Assembly (NCBI GenBank): GCA_964016885.1
Contig: OZ024742.1
Location: 45,632,001 to 45,696,000, forward strand
Source of the DNA: Eledone cirrhosa
Lineage: Eukaryota
DNA length: 64,000 bases
Reading direction: 5' to 3'
Position numbers and translations under genes: made by a program. Every line of letters starts with the position of its first letter. Positions within the stretch are counted from its first letter, which is position 1. This document shows, in pieces, positions 56,758 through 64,000 of the stretch. The notes under the pieces are model-generated. The model was not told where the DNA came from. It did not search any database and saw only the letters and a program-made list of their open reading frames with translations.

Positions 56758-57129
56758 TAAAAATACGTATTTAAGAAAGCCACAACAATGCAAAGGGAAA
56801 TCTCGAGGTAGGAAGTGAAATATAGATAGGAAAAACAGGTGAAAGTGAAAATTGAGAGAGACAAAGATGAAAACAAAACAAAGGTAGAAGGGTTACCGTA
56901 GTAGAGATTTAATCCCAATATTTCGGGCTCACGCCTTTTCCCCCGTTGATGGGCGTGAGCCCGAAATATTGGGATTAAATCTCTACTACGGTAACCCTTC
57001 TACCTTTGTTTTGTTTTCATCTTTGTCTCTCTCAATTTTCACTTTCACCTGTTTTTCCTATCTATATTTCACTTCCTACCTCGAGATTTCCCTTTGCATT
57101 GTTGTGGCTTTCTTAAATACGTATTTTTA
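56758..57129. repeat. Perfect inverted repeat: 178-bp arms (56758-56935 / 56952-57129) with a 16-bp spacer
   Basis: Arms are reverse complements. The ORF track gives identical peptides on opposite strands (MGLNLYYGNPSTFVLFSS...). Confidence 0.97.
56939..56974 (+). ncRNA. Degenerate minimal type I hammerhead ribozyme motif (Penelope-type)
   Basis: TCCC-CCGTTGA-T-GGGC GTGA GCCC-GAA-ATAT-T-GGGA. Stem I is TCCC/GGGA, the core is CUGAUGA with 2 substitutions, stem II is 4 bp with a GNRA loop, and stem III is the palindrome ATAT. Confidence 0.6.
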
Positions 57130-57629
57130 CATATTTCACAATGCTTCAATCAAACTTTAACACCCTTATATATATATATATATATATATAAATGAAAGTA
57201 TAGAAATTATTGTGAGCGTGAAGCCAACAGTATTTCATAATATATAAGTGACTATAACGTTAAAATGGAAAAATAATTAACGTAAGATGTGGGAAAATAA
57301 TTCAAACTCAATTAAAAAAAAATCAAGACATAGATTTATCCACAGAATTTTGTGAAATCCAGTGAAAAAAATCAATAGAGCCTTAACTCTGAATAAAATA
57401 AAGTTTAAAAAATCAACCTTCAATTTGGAAAAACTACAAATGCTCTGTATAGTCTTAAAAAGACTATATATATATATATATATACGATATTAACAAATGG
57501 AAACTATATTTATAAAACCATATTTATTTCATTATACATATTTCAAGGACACCAAGTTAAATTATGGTGTGCTTTCATCAGATAAAATATAATATAGCTC
57601 TCGGGAGCTTCCAACAGTAATGGTTGCAT

Positions 57630-58626
57630 TAAGAATGTAGGCTTCACATGCAGCAGCTGTGCTGGGACAGCAAGCAGCAAACAGCCACAGGAAACAAGTA
57701 CCACCAATCTCTGGGAGGGCTCTGTAGAAACAGTAGACAGCTTCTGCTACCTAGGTGACTGAATTAGCAGCGGAGGTGGGTGTTCAGAAAGTACAATAAC
57801 TAAGGTAAGAACGGGATGGAAGAAGTTTAGGGAACTACTACCACTGCTAGCTGCAAAAGGCTTCTCCCTCAAAATGAAAGGCAGACTGTATGATGCGTGT
57901 ATCTGAACAGCGATGTTGCATGGTAGTGAGACCTGGGCACTGAAGGTGGAAGACTTACGTAGATTAGAGAGAAACGAAGCCTGCATGTTCTGATGGATGT
58001 GTAACAGTAATATACGTGAAAGACAAAGCATAAATGAATTGAGAGAGAGACTGAGCATAAGAGGAATCAAATGCTGTGTGCAGGAGAGGTGGTTGCGCTG
58101 GTATGGACATGTGATGCGTATGAAGGATGACAGCTGCATAAAAAGGTGCAGAGCACTAGAAGTCGATGGAAACCGCGGAGTGGGGAGACCCAAGATGACC
58201 TGGGATGAGGTGATAAAAGCCGACCTTACCCAATTACACCTCTCAAAGGCAATGACACACGACCGTGACCTCTGGCGTCACGCAGTAATACAGAGTACCC
58301 GACCTCCCATGGGTACAAGCTGAAGCATATAGACAATATGTCCCCACACCTCCCACCGCAAGGTGGTCGTGGAGGTGCCACGGCAAAAAAAGCACCCAGC
58401 CCACACTGTAAAGTGGACGTGTAGGCGCCACGAAAAAGCACCCAGCACTCACTGTAAATGAGGTTGGTGTTAGGAAAGGCATCCAGCTGTAGAAATCAAG
58501 CCAAATCAGTTCCTGTATGAGCAAGGCATGGTCAGCCGACCAGACACTGCCCACAACAGGACAACCCGTCTAACCCATGCTAGCGTGGAAGAACGGACGT
58601 AAAACGGTGATGATGATGATGATGAC
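57630..58626 (+). mobile_element. 5'-truncated RTE-clade LINE (C-terminal region, long 3' UTR, (GAT)n tail); defective
   Basis: Reads GFTCSSCAG...VDSFCYLGD*ISSGGGCSES...GWKKFRELLPLL...MLHGSETW...LRWYGHVMRM...GRPKMTW...DRDLWRHAV with in-frame stops. Ends ...GAACGGACGTAAAACGGTGATGATGATG. Confidence 0.92.
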
Positions 58627-58703
58627 ACACACATATTTATATATATACACACACATATATATATATATATAAATATATATATATACACATACACATATAT
58701 ATA

Positions 58704-58873
58704 TATAGTTATAGGAATAACCAAAGAGTACTTGTTTTATGTATAATAAATACATGTATAATAAATACATTGTATAATAAATACATTGCTAATTATACAA
58801 TAATTATATAATAAATACATTGCTAATTATACAATGTATTTCTAAGTACTCTTTGGTTATTCCTATAACTATA
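58704..58873. repeat. Short fold-back or MITE-like element: 30-bp perfect terminal inverted repeats around AT-rich 15-16 bp repeats
   Basis: TATAGTTATAGGAATAACCAAAGAGTACTT (58704-58733) is the reverse complement of 58844-58873. The interior has repeated TGTATAATAAATACAT and TGCTAATTATACAA. Confidence 0.8.
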
Positions 58874-58981
58874 ACGGCTCTGTAGTATACTAGTTATCCT
58901 ACATGAGCTAAAACCATACTGTCATACCAAGGGCAATATATCTGCATGTCTGGGCATATTGATATATTTGTCAATGAAATA

Positions 58982-59019
<38 letters not shown>

Positions 59020-61080
59020 CATCATCATCATCATCGTTTAACGTCTATCTTCCATGCTAGCATGGGTTTAGATGGGAATTGTCCCATGTGAGGCAAGATT
59101 GGTTGTCTTGCTCGTATAGGACTGTCTGGCGGGTTTTCTACGGCTGGAAGCCCTTCCTAACACCAACCACGTTTACAGTGTGGACTGGGAGATTTTTACC
59201 GTGTTACCTACACGGCCACATTACAGCCTGGACTGTGTGCTTTTTTTGTCGTGGCACCTACACAACCTCATTTATTTAGGACTGGGTGTTGTGGCACCAA
59301 CAACTTTACAGAGAAAGGTGTGGTGTAGATGGGGGTAGGGGTAGTGGGATGGGGGTGTATTTTTGATTAGGAGGTGCCTACTGATTGTAGGTTTCGCTTT
59401 GTACTTAGGCAAGGCGGGTCTTCTGTATTACTGCGTAGCGCCAAAGATCTCGGTCCAGTGACATTGTCTTGGAGAGGTGTAAGTGTGTAAGGTCGGAATT
59501 TATCAAATCATCCCAGGTTTTTCTGGGTCTGCCTACTCTGTAGCTTCCATCTATTTTGATTGCCCTGCACTTTTTTTTATACAACTGTCATCTTTCATGC
59601 GCATCACATGATCATACCAACATAGTCTTCTCTCAAGTAAACAGCATCTGATCCCTCTTATTCCTAATTTGTCACTTAGTTCAGTCATGCTTTGCCGTTC
59701 ACGTATATTACTATTAAAGATCCAACGGAGCATGCAAGTTTCGTTCCTCTCCAGTCTGTGTATATCCTCTGCACACAATGCCCAGGTCTCACTGCCATGT
59801 AACATCGCTGTTCGTATGCAGGCATCATACAGTCTGCCTTTCATTTTTAGGGAGAAATTTTTAGCGGCCAATAGTGGTATAAGCTCTCTGAACTTTTTCC
59901 ATCCCGTTCTGACTAGCTACTGTACTTTCAGAGCACCCTCCACCACTGCTGATTTTGTCACCCAGGTAACGGAAGATGTCCACTATTTATATAGAACCAT
60001 CTGGGCAATGGAAGGAGCCTAGTAGCCTGTGGGCACTTGCTACTACTTATTGCACCTGAGCACCGGCCACTTATAAAATCTGTGTTCTTAGTTAGCTTAC
60101 CTGTGATCCCACTACATCTTTTATGCACCCACACTTTGCATTTGGGACAAAATGGAGTTTCTGCCTACTCCTTTCCTACACACTGACCATGGCCATTTCC
60201 CAGAGGGGACCAGTGCCCTATTTTCCTTCCTACATACTAGAACTTTAGTCTTAGACAAGTTAATTTTAAGGCCTTTTGATTCTAGCCATGTTTAGAATTT
60301 CTTCTCTAGATCAGCCATTGATTCAGCTATGAGCGTTAGATCATCTGCGTATAGAAGTTCCCATTGGCAGCCGGTCTTGAACTCCTCTGTTATAGCCTGA
60401 AGGGCAATAATAAATAGTAGGGGGCTAAGGACAGAACCCTGATGAACACCTACTTTTACGCTAAATTCTTCACTATATTCATTGTTAATTCTAACCTTGC
60501 TGACTGTTTCTTTATACATGGCTTGTATAGCTCTCACAAGCCATTCATCAACACCTAGTTTTCTAAGAGCCCACCAGATAATGGAGCGGGGGATTCTGTC
60601 AAAGGCTTTCCTCAAGTCAACAAAAGCTAAGTATAGGGGTTTACTTTTAGCTAGGTACTACTCCTGTAGTTGTCGTACAATGAAAAGAGTGTCTGTGGTA
60701 CTCTTACCTGACACACACCCAAACTGCATTTCATCTAGATCAACTTTTCGCTATAACTTTTTCTGTGACCTTCATGACCTGGTCAATTAATTTAATGCCT
60801 CTATAGTTTCCCCTATCTAGGGCATCTCCTTTACCCTTGTAGCAGTTAATGATGATGCTGCTACACCAGTCATTTGGTTTGACCCCATTCTGTATGATTT
60901 GGTTTACTATCCGGGAGACCATAGTGTGTCCCACCGATCCAGATGCTTTCAGCATTTCAGCAACTACTCCGAAGGCCCAGCTGCTTTGCCTGTCTTCATA
61001 TCTTTGATTGCCTTACTTATGATACTACCTTTAACTTGCACTGCTGTTCCCTCTATTGGATCAATTTTCCCACTTATTCT

Positions 61081-61083
<3 letters not shown>
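59020..61083 (-). mobile_element. 5'-truncated RTE-clade LINE (~2 kb: RT, finger, C-terminus, 3' UTR, (ATG)n tail); defective
   Basis: ORF fragments MKTGKAAGPS, KGKGDALDRGNYRGIKL, KAFDRIPR, GVHQGSVLSPLLF, LYADD and MLHGSETW, broken by frameshifts and stops. A (CAT)n tail lies at about 59020-59035. Confidence 0.93.
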
Positions 61084-61135
<52 letters not shown>

Positions 61136-61152
61136 TACATATATATAGAAAG

Positions 61153-61260
61153 AAGTATGACCCCAACGGCAGAGCTCAAGCTGTTTCGACGGCTATTTCT
61201 GGACTAAATTAGAATTTTTAGCCTGGTGAATAAATAGCCGAACTTGTCAAGGGGGTACTT
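61153..61260 (-). ncRNA. Type I hammerhead ribozyme fold in the Penelope 3' pseudo-LTR (U3-A8 core variant)
   Basis: Minus strand: AAGTACCCCC-TTGACAA-G TT CGGCTATTT...AAATAGCCG T C-GAAA-CAGC TTGAGCTCT GCCG-TT-GGGG TCA TACTT. Confidence 0.65.
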
Positions 61261-61635
61261 CCTTATATGGGAAGATTGTAGTTGTCGAGAGGATTGGTTA
61301 AAATTTGTTGTAAACACAAATAAGTCTATCATGGCATTTGGTGGGAGGTAGGGGTGCTGAACTTGCCTGTAGAACAATAGGGGAGTGAGTGGAGCGGTCA
61401 AGCGTTGAAAGTGATATGTATACAGCAGATTCTAAGGATAGTGTATGAAGTGGAGGAGGGAGGTTAAAGAATAGGTAAATCGAATGGGAGTAGGAGACAA
61501 TAAAAGATAATAGAAATAAATAAAAAAATATATAAAATTAGAGTGTGAGAAATGAATAAAAAAAATCACAATGTTATCTTACAATTACAGGTTAATAAGT
61601 TGAGAATAGAAAAAACTTGTAGAAATTGCCCTTGT

Positions 61636-62686
61636 CTACCCACCTGGGTCGTTATGGGGTTTGAGGGCGAGGTAAGTCCTACGCAATCTGTGTTTGCATG
61701 CGGTTACCAGTTCGTCTTTCTTGTTTAGGAGTTGGTCCTTCGAAAACACCATTTGTAATGTTTCCTCCGAGCATAATTTACACGGACGGCGTCCTCCCGT
61801 GTAAGAGTTAGCTCTGGACAGTAAGCTCCAAGTGAGATTGTAGGTTATATTATTATCTTGGAGGTCCCAGATGTGGCCCGAAAGTGTAGTGGCATGTCGC
61901 CGGACCGGGTTTCAGTAAGAATGTCGATGCTGATAGAGCCGCGTCTTGAAGTCACACGCGGTTAATCCTATATAAGCTTTGTTGGAGGTGTCCGTCCTCA
62001 TGTTGCACTGGTAGATCACGTTACGTTCTCGGCATTTGTTGTTGAGGGGGCATGTAGATCTATCAGGGCAGTTACACCTCCTGGTCGGCTCTCCACTGAT
62101 GTCTAGGTTGTTTCTTCCATAGGGGTTGAGTTTTTTGTTGTTTGAGGAGACAATGTTTTGTGCGAAGTTAGGTGTGGTGCTGTAGGAGTTGGTGGTGTTT
62201 TTGTTGATTATGTTGTGGTAGCGGTGTTTTAGTGGGAAGTGTTTTTCGAGGAGTCTAAAGAAGATCTTCCCGATAGGTGTTGCCACCTCGGCATTATGGG
62301 GAGGATTGAACCACGTTACGTTGCGTGAGTGGCGGTGTTGCCTGCTGGTTCTGCTAAGGGAAGCTGGATAAAAGGATATTTCCTCCCGGAAGCCACTTCG
62401 CTTGAGGGCCTGGTTGTAATGAGGCGCGTGTTCGTCGAATATCTGCTCATTAGCGGACAAACGAGATATGCGGAAGGAAATATTTTTAACCAGGTTATTG
62501 GTGATGTTTCTAGGATGGTTAGAGCGGCAGTGGATGTATTGCAGGTTGTCGTTTGGTTTCCTGTATGGGTAGTACAGATCATTTTCGAGGTTAAGGGTAA
62601 CGTCCAGGAAATTGACTCGTATTAGGGACGTTTGTAGGGTGATTTTAAATCCCCAGTCCCGGAAGAAGTTGATTAGTTGTTTACGG
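61636..62686 (-). pseudogene. Penelope-like pol fragment (RT thumb, Cys-rich linker, GIY-YIG nuclease); 5' truncated, with one in-frame TGA at 61912-61914
   Basis: Continuous frame from about 62686 (RKQLINFFRDWGFKITL...) through TGA to TAG at 61636-61638 (...YLALKPHNDPGG*). Confidence 0.85.
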
Positions 62687-62946
62687 TTATTTTTATTATC
62701 TTTTATTGTCTCCTACTGCCATTCGATTTACCAATTCTATAACCTCCCTCCTCTACTTCATACACTATCCTTAGAATCTGCTGTATACATATCACTTTCA
62801 ACACTTGACTGCTCCACCCACTCCCCTATTGTTCTACAGGCAAGTTCAGCCACCCCTACCTCCCACCAAATGCCATGATAGACTTATTTGTGTTTACAAC
62901 AAATTTTAATCAATCCTCTTGACAACTACAATCTTCACATATAAGG

Positions 62947-63055
62947 AAGTACCCCATTGACAAGTTCGGCTATTTATTCACCAGGCTAAAAATTCTAATT
63001 TAGTTCAGAAATAGCCATTTGAAACGGCTTGAGCTCTGCCATCGGGGTCATACTT
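62947..63055 (+). ncRNA. Second copy of the hammerhead fold in the inverted pseudo-LTR
   Basis: AAGTACCCCA-TTGACAA-GTTCGGCTATTT...AAATAGCCATTT-GAAA-CGGC TTGAGCTCT GCCA-TC-GGGG TCA TACTT. Confidence 0.6.
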
Positions 63056-63171
63056 TTTCCTATTTCCCACTCTACTACCCTAAGTATTGAGTACACTGGT
63101 GCGTTATGGTCCATCTGGTTCCTTACATATACACACACACATACATATATATATATATACACACACATGCC

Positions 63172-63456
63172 CTACAGCTTGATGCCCTTCCTAACACCAA
63201 CCTCATTTACAGTGAGTGCTGGGTGTATTTTTCCATGGCGCCTACACGTCCACTTTACAGTGAGTGCTGGGTGCTTTATTGCCATGGCACCTCCACGACC
63301 ACGTTGCAGTGGAATGATAGGGACCCCAGTCCCTATCATCTCATTTCTACAGCTCAGTAAACTGGAGCAATGAAACAACAAAGAAACAACACATCACCCG
63401 GTTTGAGAATTGAACTCACAACCTTTCGATTGCAAGCACAATGCTTTAACCACTAA

Positions 63457-63461
<5 letters not shown>
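63172..63461 (-). mobile_element. tRNA-derived SINE, same family as 54573-54907, lacking the 3' tail and with a duplicated ~47-bp internal unit
   Basis: Reverse complement starts ATGGCTTAGTGGTTAAAGCATTG...GTGAGTTCAATTCTC. The unit TTTACAGTGAGTGCTGGGTG...CCATGGC occurs twice. Confidence 0.85.
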
Positions 63462-63488
<27 letters not shown>

Positions 63489-63491
<3 letters not shown>

Positions 63492-63644
63492 TCGTCATCA
63501 TCGTTTAACGTCCATCTTCCACGCTTGCATGGGTTTGGACGGGAGTTTTCCCACTTGAGGCAAGATTAGTTGTCTTGCTCGTATAGGACTGTCTGGCGGG
63601 TTTTCTACGGCTGGATGCCCTTCCTCACACCAACCACGTTTACA

Positions 63645-63648
<4 letters not shown>
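63489..63648 (-). mobile_element. 3'-terminal stub of the RTE family seen at 59020-59180
   Basis: ATCATCGTTTAACGTCCATCTTCCACGCTTGCATGGGTTTGG...CACCAACCACGTTTACAGTGT closely matches 59030-59180. Confidence 0.85.
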
Positions 63649-63694
<46 letters not shown>

Positions 63695-63729
63695 ATGTAT
63701 ATATATATATATATGTATGTGTGTGTATG

Positions 63730-63760
<31 letters not shown>

Positions 63761-64000
63761 ATGTATATATATATATATATGTATGTGTGTGTATGTATAT
63801 ATATATATATATGTATGTGTGTGTATGTATATATATATATATATGTATGTGTGTGTATGTATATATATATATATATGTATGTGTGTGTATGTATATATAT
63901 ATATATATGTATGTGTGTGTATGTATATATATATATATATGTATGTGTGTGTATGTATATATATATATATATGTATGTGTGTGTATGTATATATATATAT
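63649..64000. repeat. Compound micro/minisatellite, unit (TA)n-TGTATGTGTGTGTATG (~30-34 bp), running off the window
   Basis: About 10 regular copies are visible. Confidence 0.95.

Larger units (their letters stand above)
61146..63063 (-). mobile_element. 5'-truncated Penelope-like retroelement (RT C-terminus + GIY-YIG endonuclease) bounded by ~370-bp inverted pseudo-LTRs
   Basis: Minus-strand frame contains VNFLDVTL, SNHP, WFNPP, CNC-x5-CPL-x3-C, VIYQC...YIGLT...FKTRLYQH, CKLC and LLNKKDELVTACKH. About 61146-61519 is the slightly diverged reverse complement of about 62687-63063. Confidence 0.9.

Noticed and set aside
54310-56818. YI/CV-rich ORFs and plus-strand ORFs overlapping the RTE
   Set aside because: They are translations of microsatellites or antisense frames of the LINE.

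Overview
Eukaryotic, AT-rich, non-coding DNA. The RTE LINEs with (ATG)n tails, tRNA-headed SINEs and dense (TA)n/(TATG)n tracts suggest a mollusc, probably an octopus or other cephalopod (inference). The only host-gene element is one 177-bp internal exon (800-976, +) of a TPRG1/TPRG1L (Mover)-like gene. About 52 kb (1897-53867) is one head-to-tail 75-bp satellite (~690 monomers) with nested higher-order duplications and a shared divergent monomer type at both edges. The last ~10 kb is a nest of retroelement fragments separated by (TA)n: RTE LINE pieces with a PHD-like finger after the RT, two SINEs, a Penelope-like (RT + GIY-YIG) element with inverted terminal repeats, and two fold-back palindromes. 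The most notable hidden signal is hammerhead ribozyme folds. One has an apparent U3-A8 core variant and occurs in both inverted repeats of the Penelope-like element. A degenerate minimal one sits at the apex of a perfect 178-bp palindrome. All calls were made by eye, without database searches.
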